Notes: a model not told the origin generated them from the letters alone. DNA of 32,000 bases from Sinorhizobium meliloti (GCF_017876815.1 NZ_JAGIOS010000001.1:2910001-2942000); one strand, 5' to 3'; counted from the first letter of the stretch, positions 7,665 to 16,085 are shown. Program-made: numbers and translations.

Positions 7665-8198
7665 ATGGCAAAATTCGACCCAAAGATCATTCTCGATGAT
7701 GTTCGAAGTCGGGACGTGGCGCTACTCACAATGTTATTGGCGACTGATCGTCAGGCTGTGGCGCTGTTTCGCGTTTATGTGACTTTGGCAGCAGCTTTGA
7801 TATCAGCCGCTGTCGCGGGGGCGATTAAGGCGAATTGGGCGGTGGACATTTGGATCAATGTCGGTGTTGGACTATCCGCATCAGGCCTTGCACTCGCTTG
7901 CTGGTATTGCATAGTCGCAATCAAAACAGCCAAGGTGGGCATGCCTGGGAAAGGGGCCGAATTTTGGCAGTGGGCGCGTCGAGACGACATATCCGAGGAT
8001 GTCGCACTCGACGCGTATCTGACTCAGGCGCTATTTGCCCAAGATACCAATATCGAGGTCAACCGCCGGTCGTCCAATTGTCTACGCATGGCCAAAAGGC
8101 TCGGGGTTGGTTCGGTTGCATTGGGCGGAATTGTAATATTGATCGGATTAAGCGGTTTTGCTTCTACCGCTTGGGAGGCTTTGAGCCGTCTTTTATAA
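7665..8198 (+). CDS. membrane protein with three predicted TM helices (177 aa), unknown function
   Basis: ATG at 7665 has a GGAGG SD 5 nt upstream. Hydrophobic helices are VYVTLAAALISAAVAGAI, IWINVGVGLSASGLALACWYCIVAI and LGVGSVALGGIVILIGLSGFA. GC is visibly lower than in the flanks. Confidence 0.7.
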   Translation: MAKFDPKIILDDVRSRDVALLTMLLATDRQAVALFRVYVTLAAALISAAVAGAIKANWAVDIWINVGVGLSASGLALACWYCIVAIKTAKVGMPGKGAEFWQWARRDDISEDVALDAYLTQALFAQDTNIEVNRRSSNCLRMAKRLGVGSVALGGIVILIGLSGFASTAWEALSRLL

Positions 8199-8271
8199 CC
8201 ATTCTATCCGGCGGCGGAGGTGGCGGTGGTTCGCGCGGCGGCGGCGGGGATGGGTTCTTAGGATCGCTCAT
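8164..8271 (-). CDS. possible 35-aa polyproline peptide
   Basis: Hand translation gives MSDPKNPSPPPPREPPPPPPPDRMVIKDGSKPPKR*. AGGGAG lies 6 nt upstream of the ATG. It is downstream of, and co-oriented with, the secreted-protein gene, and it overlaps the 3' end of the convergent membrane-protein gene. Confidence 0.25.
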   Translation of the reverse strand: MSDPKNPSPPPPREPPPPPPPDRMVIKDGSKPPKR

Positions 8272-8363
8272 GTTTGTCTCCCTTTCCCAGTAACAAATCA
8301 CGAGTCGCAACGTAGAGTCGAGTCAGCTACTTGAACTCTTCCTTGGTGCCGTCCGGAACGCCT

Positions 8364-8759
8364 TCATTTGTCGGCGTCGCGAGCCTGTTTAAAACGGGCC
8401 TGAGACACACGAAGTCTGGTCTGTGTCACGAGGATGCCGTCTAAGCACTTCTGATCGTTCTCCGCCGGTGCTTTCTTTTGATGATCTCGCCGTATTCTTT
8501 TGTCGAAATCGTCAGCAATGATAACGGCGTCGGTCTGCGATTTACCTCCAAGGATGGCGGTCTGTTCGACAGCGGATCGCGCAGCATAATAGTGCGAAGT
8601 CCCCAACGCGTCTTGGCAAAGATATGCCGCGCCAAGGTAAATGAACGCATCTTCCATCATCTGTTTGGCTGCCTTCTGAGCAGCCGCACGGGTATTGGCG
8701 TCAGCGTTGGCCGGGGCGGCACACAACACCAATGCCAAAGCAACCAATATCTTGCGCAT
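8364..8759 (-). CDS. exported protein (131 aa) with Sec-type signal peptide, unknown function
   Basis: ATG has a GGAGGA SD. The N-terminus MRKILVALALVLCAAPANA-DA is a classical signal peptide. The mature part is helical with two Cys residues. The segment is lower in GC. Confidence 0.75.
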   Translation of the reverse strand: MRKILVALALVLCAAPANADANTRAAAQKAAKQMMEDAFIYLGAAYLCQDALGTSHYYAARSAVEQTAILGGKSQTDAVIIADDFDKRIRRDHQKKAPAENDQKCLDGILVTQTRLRVSQARFKQARDADK

Positions 8760-8818
8760 CGTCGTCCTCCGGTTGAATCGACAGGACGATAGCGCACGTT
8801 CTTTGAAAAGGAAAAGCC

Positions 8819-10909
8819 ATGGCAGATGTAGCCACGCTCGGGCTCCAGGTTGAAAGTGGCTCCGTTCAGAAGGGCACCGACGCTCTCAATCAGCTGACGG
8901 GAGCGGCCGCGCGCGCGGAAGCAGCCGCAAATGGGCTGTCGGGCGCTAATCGCGGTGCGACCGGAGCCGCGGCGGCCGCCGCCAAGGCTTATGCAACAGA
9001 AGGTGCCGCTGCGGCGTCAGCGTCGAAGCAGATCGAGATGATGAACCGGGCGGCCAATCAGAACCGCGCATCATCCCGCGGGAATCTTGGAAACATAGCC
9101 GCTCAGTTCCAAGACATTGCTGTCAGTGCGCAGATGGGCATGGGCCCGCTGCAGATTGCTCTTCAGCAGGGCACGCAACTGGCCGCCGTCCTTTCTTCTA
9201 TGGAGAGACCAGTGCAGGGCTTGGGGGCAGCCTTCTTGTCAGTGCTCTCTCCCGTTAGCCTCCTGACGATCGGCATAATCGCGCTGGCGGCCGCTGGCCT
9301 GCAGATGGTTGATTGGGCAAAGCTGGCGCAATCGGCGCTGATGGCCTTGGCGGATGTTCTCGAAACCGTGGCACCCTACGCTGTCGCCGCAGCCGCAGCC
9401 CTGGCGCTGATCTACGCCCCGTCTATCGTCGTTGGCATCGTGAATGTTATCGCGGTTTTGTCGCGCCTCGTAGTCGCGGCTGGGACGGTTGCGGCCAGCT
9501 TCACGGCAGCTTGGTTGGCTGCGGTGGGGCCCGTTGGCTGGGTTATCGCTGGCTTCAGTACAGTTCTCGCGGCTGCAATCATTTTTCGCGAGGAGATGCA
9601 GCAGATCTTTGGGCGCGACCTCGTTGCCGATGCCAAAACAGGCGCCAACTTTGTAATCGGTTCGTTTGTAGCCGCCTATCACGACATCAAGTTCCTTTGG
9701 GATCAATTTCCCAATGTAATCGGAGCAGCTGCAATCGGGGCCGCTAACGCAGTTATCAAAGCCATGACCGATATGGTTCAGCGTGGCGCCGGTCTCATCG
9801 ACAGTTTCGCTTCGAAAGCGAATCAGTGGCTACCGGAAGGGATGCAACTCGGAACGATTGGAGACCTCGGTCTGGACAAGGACTTCCAGTTCGCAAACAA
9901 GTACGCCGAGGAGCTCGCGAAAGCGGCAGACAAGCGTAACGGGCAGATAGCATCCGATCTCAGCGCCGATTATCTCGGAGACTTCGGCGGTGCCATTGCC
10001 AGAGGTGCTTTGGCGGCGACCGGCAAACTCAAAGAGCTTGCCGCAAGTCTGACCGAAGTCGACGAGAAATCGAAGGAGCGCACCGGCGGCAAGAGCGAGC
10101 AGGAGAAGTATTCCGACATCATCGCCGGCGCCGAACGCCAGATCGCGGCGCTTGAGGCGGAGCGTGATGCTATCGGGCTCACGGAGCAGGCGGCAGCCGC
10201 GCTCCGCTACGAGACGCAGCTCCTGAATGAAGCCCAGCAGCGTGGTATCTCGCTCACTGATGCGCAGAAGAGCGAGCTATCGTCACTTGCGCAGGTCATG
10301 GCCTCGATCGAGGAAGAGACCCGCCAGATGGGTATCGCGCTCGATTTTGCTAAAGAAGTAACCGGAGGCTTCTTCGATGACTTCTTCGCGGGAATTGAGA
10401 ACGGCAAATCGGTATGGGAGTCTTTCGGCGACGCGGCTTTGGGGGTGCTTGACCGCATCGCCGACAAGCTGCTGAACGACGTCCTCGATGCCGTGTTTCA
10501 GGTCAGCGGGGCAGGGGCTGGCGGAGGAGGACTCCTCAGTTGGCTCTTCGGCGGTGGCTCAAAGGTGGACCCATGGGCTGGGCTGCGTGGGTATGCGAAC
10601 GGAACGAGCTCCGCTCGTCCTGGCGTCGCATGGGTTGGTGAAAAGGGGCCGGAGCTCGTCCGTTTCAAGGGTGGCGAGGAGGTCATTCCGAACCATCGCC
10701 TTCAACGACCGGCTAATGGCAATGTGGCGCCATCGGGCGGTCAGCTAAACCAGAATGGGCCGCGCGAGATCATCCTTCGGGTGATTGCTGAGGAGGGGCC
10801 GATGTTCAGGCCCGTCATTCGGTCGGAGAGCCGAGGCGTCTCCGTCGAGACCATAAAACAGTATGACGCGGCGAAGGCAAACATCTACCAGAACGGCGAA
10901 GACCGCTAA
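8819..10909 (+). CDS. tail tape measure protein
   Basis: 696 aa, in the expected position. Ala-rich helical N-terminal region, central hydrophobic block, coiled-coil region, and the C-terminal motif GVAWVGEKGPELVRFKGGEEVIP typical of tape measure proteins. Confidence 0.9.
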   Translation: MADVATLGLQVESGSVQKGTDALNQLTGAAARAEAAANGLSGANRGATGAAAAAAKAYATEGAAAASASKQIEMMNRAANQNRASSRGNLGNIAAQFQDIAVSAQMGMGPLQIALQQGTQLAAVLSSMERPVQGLGAAFLSVLSPVSLLTIGIIALAAAGLQMVDWAKLAQSALMALADVLETVAPYAVAAAAALALIYAPSIVVGIVNVIAVLSRLVVAAGTVAASFTAAWLAAVGPVGWVIAGFSTVLAAAIIFREEMQQIFGRDLVADAKTGANFVIGSFVAAYHDIKFLWDQFPNVIGAAAIGAANAVIKAMTDMVQRGAGLIDSFASKANQWLPEGMQLGTIGDLGLDKDFQFANKYAEELAKAADKRNGQIASDLSADYLGDFGGAIARGALAATGKLKELAASLTEVDEKSKERTGGKSEQEKYSDIIAGAERQIAALEAERDAIGLTEQAAAALRYETQLLNEAQQRGISLTDAQKSELSSLAQVMASIEEETRQMGIALDFAKEVTGGFFDDFFAGIENGKSVWESFGDAALGVLDRIADKLLNDVLDAVFQVSGAGAGGGGLLSWLFGGGSKVDPWAGLRGYANGTSSARPGVAWVGEKGPELVRFKGGEEVIPNHRLQRPANGNVAPSGGQLNQNGPREIILRVIAEEGPMFRPVIRSESRGVSVETIKQYDAAKANIYQNGEDR

Positions 10910-11301
10910 TCTTCGATGGATTTCCCGCCTTGGATCACGGTGAAGATGCTTTCGCCGCTCTTAGCCTTCCTCATTGATGTGAGGAATTCCTCCATTTCCT
11001 GCGCCATTACCTCGAAGGCACGTCGTGCACCGGACCGCTGCTCGGGTGTCAATTTCGGATCACTCGCGAATTTCTCCGCTGAGTTGATGTTCGATTTACG
11101 GGCGTTCTCTGTCATGGCCATCAGCGCCTCGTACTGAGATTCATCGATGTTCGATAAAGCGCTTGCAACAAACATAAACATAAAGCGATGGGCATTCGCC
11201 CTGAATTCCAGGTCCGATACTTGCTTGACCAGCTTGCTGTGTTCATCGGCCAAGAGCTGAAGCACCTGCTGGGTTGTCCCGCTGAAATCGATTGTGGGCA
11301 C
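10906..11301 (-). CDS. hypothetical helical cytoplasmic protein (131 aa), antisense moron
   Basis: GTG start at 11301 with AGGGAG 8 nt upstream. Lower GC than the flanks. Its stop overlaps the tape-measure stop (convergent). I recognise no family. Confidence 0.6.
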   Translation of the reverse strand: MPTIDFSGTTQQVLQLLADEHSKLVKQVSDLEFRANAHRFMFMFVASALSNIDESQYEALMAMTENARKSNINSAEKFASDPKLTPEQRSGARRAFEVMAQEMEEFLTSMRKAKSGESIFTVIQGGKSIED

Positions 11302-11364
11302 TGATTCTGCTCCCTAATTCCCTACCGCTGCATATTGCGGCCATTACCCTGGATTGCAACCAAC

Positions 11365-12018
11365 ATGGCTGATCCGATTCCATTGCCGATGCTGCCCTGG
11401 CGAGACTGCCAGTTTGATCCCATCAATCCGACAGACGTTTCCATGATGGAGGGCCGGCGTTCCGAAGAGCAGGCCGCGGGCACTCCATTTTGGAAAGCGC
11501 AATACACGACGAACTGGATGACGCCGGCCTTCTACGGGTTGTTCGATGCTTTTGTCATGAAGTCGAGTTCGCGCGGTGCACCTTTCCTCGGATACGACCT
11601 GTTTCGGCCGCGCCCGATCGCCCACAACAACGGAAAGCCGCTCGCCGGCACGAAAGCAGGGGGAGGGGTATTCAACGGCGGCGCGGTTCTTCAGGCCATC
11701 ACCAATAGCCGAACGGTCGTTGTTGCTGGTCTGCCTGCTGGTTTCAAGCTAACAGCGGGAGATTATGTCGAGTTCAGGATGTCGGCGCTCGTCCGGTCAC
11801 TTCACCGGATCGTCGAGAACGCCACGGCGAACGCCAGCGGCGTGGTCACTCTCTCGATCATGTTCGGCTTGGATACTCAGCATTTCACTACGTCGGCGAC
11901 AGTCCATCTCGAGAAGCCGTCGTGTGTCATGAGTATTGATCCGGGCAGTGTGGCGGCACCGAAATCGTGGGCGGGTCGCGAAGCCTCTTTTTCCGCTACG
12001 GAGATGTTTTTCTCATGA
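11365..12018 (+). CDS. distal tail protein candidate (Dit position)
   Basis: It is the first gene of the tail-tip block after the tape measure and is coupled to the next gene by an ATGA overlap. The start could be ATG 11365 or TTG 11335. Function is by synteny only. Confidence 0.5.
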   Translation: MADPIPLPMLPWRDCQFDPINPTDVSMMEGRRSEEQAAGTPFWKAQYTTNWMTPAFYGLFDAFVMKSSSRGAPFLGYDLFRPRPIAHNNGKPLAGTKAGGGVFNGGAVLQAITNSRTVVVAGLPAGFKLTAGDYVEFRMSALVRSLHRIVENATANASGVVTLSIMFGLDTQHFTTSATVHLEKPSCVMSIDPGSVAAPKSWAGREASFSATEMFFS

Positions 12019-12605
12019 GTGTGCTGGATCCTGCTGTCGAGAGTGCGCTCGAGACCGGCCGCCTTGCACGGCTCGACCTCATCCGCTTCGATTTACCCGG
12101 CAAGACCGTCGGCTACCATCGCGGTGGGAGGCCCTACACCTATAACGGTCTGACCTATCTTCCGAACCGCTTTCTCGAGCCGGGCGAACTGGTGAGCGCA
12201 GTGGGCGTCGCCGTGACGACGCGGACTATCGTCTTCTCAAACATCCCAGTCAGCAACCCCGAGGACGCAGTCTCTCAGATTGAGCAATATAATTACCAAA
12301 GTGCTCCGGTGATCATCTCCCATCTGGCGGGAGATCCCGAAACGGACGCAGTCCTCGGTATTCTCGCCTCATCGATCTACGAGATCGACCAGGTCCGCTA
12401 CAACGAAGGCGCGGTCTCAGGCTCCGAACGGACACTTACGATGATGATCGACCTGCAGCCGCCGGGACGATCGGCGCGAGGCTCGACCGGCGTCAAGCGC
12501 TCGCAGGCCGAGCAGCAGTTCGACAATAATCCGACCGACACGGGCCTGGAGCACGTGGCGACGAATGCGACCATCCCCGAGGAATGGGGCCAGGTCGCGC
12601 GCTGA
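12015..12605 (+). CDS. tail hub protein, DUF2163-like (RcGTA g13-like)
   Basis: ATG at 12015 overlaps the upstream stop. The N-terminus LARLDLIRFDLPGKTVGYHRGGRPYTYNGLTYLP resembles the DUF2163 pattern (l.i.r.DG...g.T.h...l...G.tY.p). It is followed by an NlpC/P60-like gene, as in RcGTA g13-g14. Confidence 0.6.
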   Translation: MSVLDPAVESALETGRLARLDLIRFDLPGKTVGYHRGGRPYTYNGLTYLPNRFLEPGELVSAVGVAVTTRTIVFSNIPVSNPEDAVSQIEQYNYQSAPVIISHLAGDPETDAVLGILASSIYEIDQVRYNEGAVSGSERTLTMMIDLQPPGRSARGSTGVKRSQAEQQFDNNPTDTGLEHVATNATIPEEWGQVAR

Positions 12606-12704
12606 TATCGATCTAAATCATAGAGTATAGAACGGCTACGGAACGCTTGGGGGACAAAGCGGGTCCGCCTCCTGCCGTCCATACCGCTACCTCAGAGGCA
12701 GCCC

Positions 12705-13109
12705 ATGAACCGCTTCCGCATCGTCGAAGCCACGCTCGCGCGTGAGCTTGCGAAACCCTATGCCTATGGCTCGGCCGATTGCTTCATGCTCGGCTGCGCC
12801 TTCATCGACGCGCTGACGGGCTCGGCCGTGGCCGACAAATACCGTGGCGCCTATCGCACGCTCGCCGGTGCTCAGCGGGCGCTGCGCCGGCGCGGGCATA
12901 CGTCGCTGGTGAGCTTCTTCGCGGCCGAGCTCGGGCAGGAGCCGAAGGGCGGGGCGGAAGCGCGGCTCGGCGATCTTGTCATCCTGCGCCTGGCCGACGG
13001 CGCCGAGCATGTTGGCGTCTGCCTCGGCGGCCGTTTCGTGACCAAGACCGAGCGCGGCCGCAGCGATCATGGCCTTGCCGACGTCATTGCTGCCTTTCAC
13101 CTCGGATAA
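12705..13109 (+). CDS. phage cell-wall peptidase, NlpC/P60-like (RcGTA g14-like)
   Basis: 134 aa with candidate catalytic Cys (GSADCFMLG) and His (GAEHVGVCLG) at NlpC/P60-like spacing. It lies just upstream of the host-specificity gene. Confidence 0.65.
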   Translation: MNRFRIVEATLARELAKPYAYGSADCFMLGCAFIDALTGSAVADKYRGAYRTLAGAQRALRRRGHTSLVSFFAAELGQEPKGGAEARLGDLVILRLADGAEHVGVCLGGRFVTKTERGRSDHGLADVIAAFHLG

Positions 13110-13115
13110 TCAGAC

Positions 13116-15863
13116 ATGGCAATCTTCACTTCAATCGCGACGGCGATCGCCGGTGCGCTGTTCGGCGGCTCTGCGCTCGCTGCCAGCCTCATTGGTGGTG
13201 CGCTCGCTTTCGGTGCCAAGCTGGCGATCGGCAAGCTCAGCCAGCAGAAGCAGCAGAAGCGGAAATACACGGCCGTTCAGGGCGAGATCCAGTTCGGCGG
13301 GGATGTGCCGGTCGGCACGCTCTACGGCGTCGGCAAGACAAAGGGGCAGCGGACTTTCTATGCCAAGTGGGGGAGCGGCAATAAATGGAATGCCGAGGTC
13401 TTCGTGCTCGCGAATGGCTGGTGCGACGGGCTGGAGCCCTACGTCTACATTTACGGCGAGAAGAAAGCGCTGGTATCCCGGCCGGTCATCGGCAATGAGG
13501 TCGCGAACTATCATATTGAGGGCTTCGTCAACGGCTCTGGCGACCCGGTCCTGACGATCCGCTTTTACGATGGCAGGCCAGGCCAGTTGGTGGATCAAAA
13601 GCTGGTCGACGTGTCGGCGGGTCTTGGCAACAAGTGGAAGAGCACGAGCGTCAATGCCGGGATCTGCTACGTCGTCGTCGAACGCATCTATAGCGACAAG
13701 CTCTTCGGCTCGAAGGGTAGGCCGGAGCTTGAATTCGTGCTCCGCGGGCTTCGCGAATACGACCCGCGCAAGGACTCGACGGTTGCCGGTGGCTCCGGGA
13801 CGCAGCGGCTCAACGATCCTTCGACCCATGTGCACACGAAGAACCCGGCCGTTCACCGCCTCAATTATCAGCTGGGGCTGCGCGCGCTCGTCTCCGGCCG
13901 CACGCTGATCGGCGAGGGCAAGAGCCTCGGCCAGATCGATCTCGCCACCTATTTCGTGGCGATGAACGTCTGCGACACGCTGCGCAGCAACGGCAAGAAG
14001 ACCTATGAGTGCTCGCTCTTCGTCAGTGGCGACGATGATCATACCGAAGTGCTGAAGCAGTTCGACGATGCCATGGCCGGTTATGGCCTCAATCGGCGCG
14101 GCCTTTCCGGCGTCATCCCGGGCGCGCCGCAGATCCCGGTCAAAGACCTGACCGCGGCCGATATTCCTATCGACCGGGCGAAGGACGTGCAGTTCCGGCC
14201 TTCGGCTTTCGAGCGCTTTAATCACCTTTCCGGCCAGTTCACCTCGATCGAATCGATGTGGAACCCGGAAAGCCTGAAGCCGGTCTATGTGAATGCGGAC
14301 ATCGCCGCCGACGGCCGTAATCGGCAGACGAGCATCGACTTCCTGCAAGTCACCGATCCGGACATTGCGCAGTATCTGCTCAATATCCGCTATCGGCAGA
14401 ACCGTATGGGCGGCAAGGCCACGGTTCCGGTCAGCCGTCGCTTCGGCCTGGCGGTGCAGGAAGGCGAGTGGATCACCTGGCGCGGCAAGAGCTGGTTGAT
14501 CAGCGAGTGGCGGGCCGATGATCGGCTGCGCATCACGCTGGTGCTCTCCGAGACCAGTGCGGCAATCTATGACGACGATGACATCGAGCCCGGCCCGATC
14601 GTCATCCCGCCGACGCCGACGATCAACCCGTCGCTGCTGTCGACGGTGCAGAACTTTAACGTTGCCGCAGGCATGATCAATGGCGCGCAGGGCTACGACA
14701 CGCCGGCGCTCGTCTTCACCTGGACCCCGCCGGATGATCCGACGATCACGGCCGTGCGCTTCTCGTATCAGATCGAGGGCACTACCGAGCTGTTCGAGGA
14801 TCAATGCACCTCGCCCGAGGACGGTCTGTTCCGCACCACGAAGAACGTGGTTTCCGGCAAGGTCTATAATGCCCGGGCCACGATCACGACCGTGCCCGAC
14901 CGGCTGCGCACCTTCACGCCCTGGATGACGACGGCGCAGCCGACCGGTTTGCAGACGCTGCTCACTGGCCTGCAGCAGCTGCAGGACGATGCGCTGAACC
15001 GCTTCAAGGAACTGCAGCAGGAGATGGACGAATTCTTCCGTCCGCGCCTCGTCGAGCTGCTGGATGCGTTCTCGCTCGAAGGCGCAGTCGGTCAGATCGA
15101 GCGCCAGCAGATCGTTGCGTCCATAGGTGACGCGTTGGCGCAGATCACCGAAGAGCGCCGGGTGCGCGTTTCGGAGAACGAGGCGACGGCGCAGCTGCTG
15201 AAGTATCTGCAGGCGAGCCTCGGCGGCACCAATGCGCGCCTGATCACTGAGGAGACTGTGCGTGCGACGGCAGATTCGGCGCTGAGCAGCCAGATCACGC
15301 AGCTCACGGCGGAAACGGGCAACAATTCGGCGGCCATTCAGGCGGAAGCTACCGCCCGAGCAAACGCTGATAGTGCGCTCTCCAGCAGCATTACCAGCCT
15401 CGATGCGGAAGTTGATGGCAATCTCGCCCGGCTGATCCAGGAAGAGACCGCGCGCGCCAATGGAGACAGTTCGCTCGCGACCAGCATCAACGGGGTGAGT
15501 GCCGATTTCAACGGGAGGTTCGCGCAGGGCCTTGTGAAGTTCGAAGCGGTCGCTGCGCCAACCGGGGTTGATGCCCGCTTTTCGGTGCTCTTGCGGGCGG
15601 GCACGAGCCAGAGCTTCAAGGTGTCGGGCTTTTACGTCGAGCTCTACACCCAAGGCGGAATTCAGAAATCGCGCATGGCCATCCAGGTAGACCAGTTTCT
15701 CGTGTTCTCGGGCAACAGCGGTCACTTGCCGTTCGCCTTCGAAAACGGGGAGCTGAAGCTGGCGATTGCCAATATCGGCACGGTCAACGCCGGCCTGCTT
15801 CAGTCGCTGAACGGCAAAATGAAGATCGATCTCAACAACGGCACGATCGAAATCTTTAGCTGA
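13116..15863 (+). CDS. host specificity / central tail fibre protein (gpJ-like, RcGTA g15-like)
   Basis: 915 aa. Gly/Ala-rich hydrophobic N-terminus; the FYAKWGSGNKWNAEVFVLANG block is typical of Phage-tail_3 proteins; the C-terminal coiled-coil carries repeated ARANADSALSS motifs. Confidence 0.9.
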   Translation: MAIFTSIATAIAGALFGGSALAASLIGGALAFGAKLAIGKLSQQKQQKRKYTAVQGEIQFGGDVPVGTLYGVGKTKGQRTFYAKWGSGNKWNAEVFVLANGWCDGLEPYVYIYGEKKALVSRPVIGNEVANYHIEGFVNGSGDPVLTIRFYDGRPGQLVDQKLVDVSAGLGNKWKSTSVNAGICYVVVERIYSDKLFGSKGRPELEFVLRGLREYDPRKDSTVAGGSGTQRLNDPSTHVHTKNPAVHRLNYQLGLRALVSGRTLIGEGKSLGQIDLATYFVAMNVCDTLRSNGKKTYECSLFVSGDDDHTEVLKQFDDAMAGYGLNRRGLSGVIPGAPQIPVKDLTAADIPIDRAKDVQFRPSAFERFNHLSGQFTSIESMWNPESLKPVYVNADIAADGRNRQTSIDFLQVTDPDIAQYLLNIRYRQNRMGGKATVPVSRRFGLAVQEGEWITWRGKSWLISEWRADDRLRITLVLSETSAAIYDDDDIEPGPIVIPPTPTINPSLLSTVQNFNVAAGMINGAQGYDTPALVFTWTPPDDPTITAVRFSYQIEGTTELFEDQCTSPEDGLFRTTKNVVSGKVYNARATITTVPDRLRTFTPWMTTAQPTGLQTLLTGLQQLQDDALNRFKELQQEMDEFFRPRLVELLDAFSLEGAVGQIERQQIVASIGDALAQITEERRVRVSENEATAQLLKYLQASLGGTNARLITEETVRATADSALSSQITQLTAETGNNSAAIQAEATARANADSALSSSITSLDAEVDGNLARLIQEETARANGDSSLATSINGVSADFNGRFAQGLVKFEAVAAPTGVDARFSVLLRAGTSQSFKVSGFYVELYTQGGIQKSRMAIQVDQFLVFSGNSGHLPFAFENGELKLAIANIGTVNAGLLQSLNGKMKIDLNNGTIEIFS
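15729..15863 (+). repeat. direct repeat copy 1 (3' end of host-specificity gene)
   Basis: By codon-by-codon hand alignment, about 104 of 135 nt are identical to 15951-16085. The last ~55 nt are nearly identical. Confidence 0.85.
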
Positions 15864-15878
15864 AAAGAGGGTTCAATC

Positions 15879-16085
15879 ATGAAACGCAGGTCTTTTCTAC
15901 TGGCGCTCATCAGTGTCCCAGCAGCCACCAGTGCGGTGCCGGCACGGAGTCCGCTAGTCTTCAAGGATGGCGCTATGAGGCTCGCCATCGCCGACATCGG
16001 CACGGCCGACGCCGGCCGGCTGCGATCTCGTAATGGCAAAATGAAGATCGATCTCGACAGCGGCACGATCGAGATCCTTAGCTGA
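15879..16085 (+). CDS. 68-aa protein: twin-arginine-like signal peptide fused to a copy of the host-specificity protein C-terminus
   Basis: ATG has AAGAGGG 8 nt upstream. The N-terminus is MKRRSFLLALISVPAATSA-VPA. The last 45 residues are homologous to the last 45 residues of the 915-aa protein. Its stop overlaps the next start (TGATG). Confidence 0.6.
   Translation: MKRRSFLLALISVPAATSAVPARSPLVFKDGAMRLAIADIGTADAGRLRSRNGKMKIDLDSGTIEILS
15951..16085 (+). repeat. direct repeat copy 2 (3' part of the 68-aa ORF)
   Basis: See copy 1. Both copies share the same reading frame and the same stop context (agctga). Confidence 0.85.

Noticed and set aside
7180-7683. 167-aa minus-strand ORF
   Set aside because: It is antisense to the chaperone GT region, whose + frames contain recognisable chaperone sequence.
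8205-8250. GGC-rich tract as a tandem repeat or CRISPR-like array
   Set aside because: It is a short irregular run of GGC/GGT units with no repeat-spacer periodicity. It is recorded only as the coding sequence of a possible polyproline ORF.
13131-15725. 864-aa ORF on the minus strand
   Set aside because: It lies entirely antisense to the well-supported host-specificity gene. Its Arg/Leu/Asp-rich, low-complexity composition is typical of shadow ORFs in high-GC DNA.
15729-16085. Diversity-generating retroelement or invertible shufflon acting on the tail-tip C-terminus
   Set aside because: The repeats are direct, not inverted. No reverse transcriptase or invertase gene is in the window. The differences are not restricted to adenine positions.
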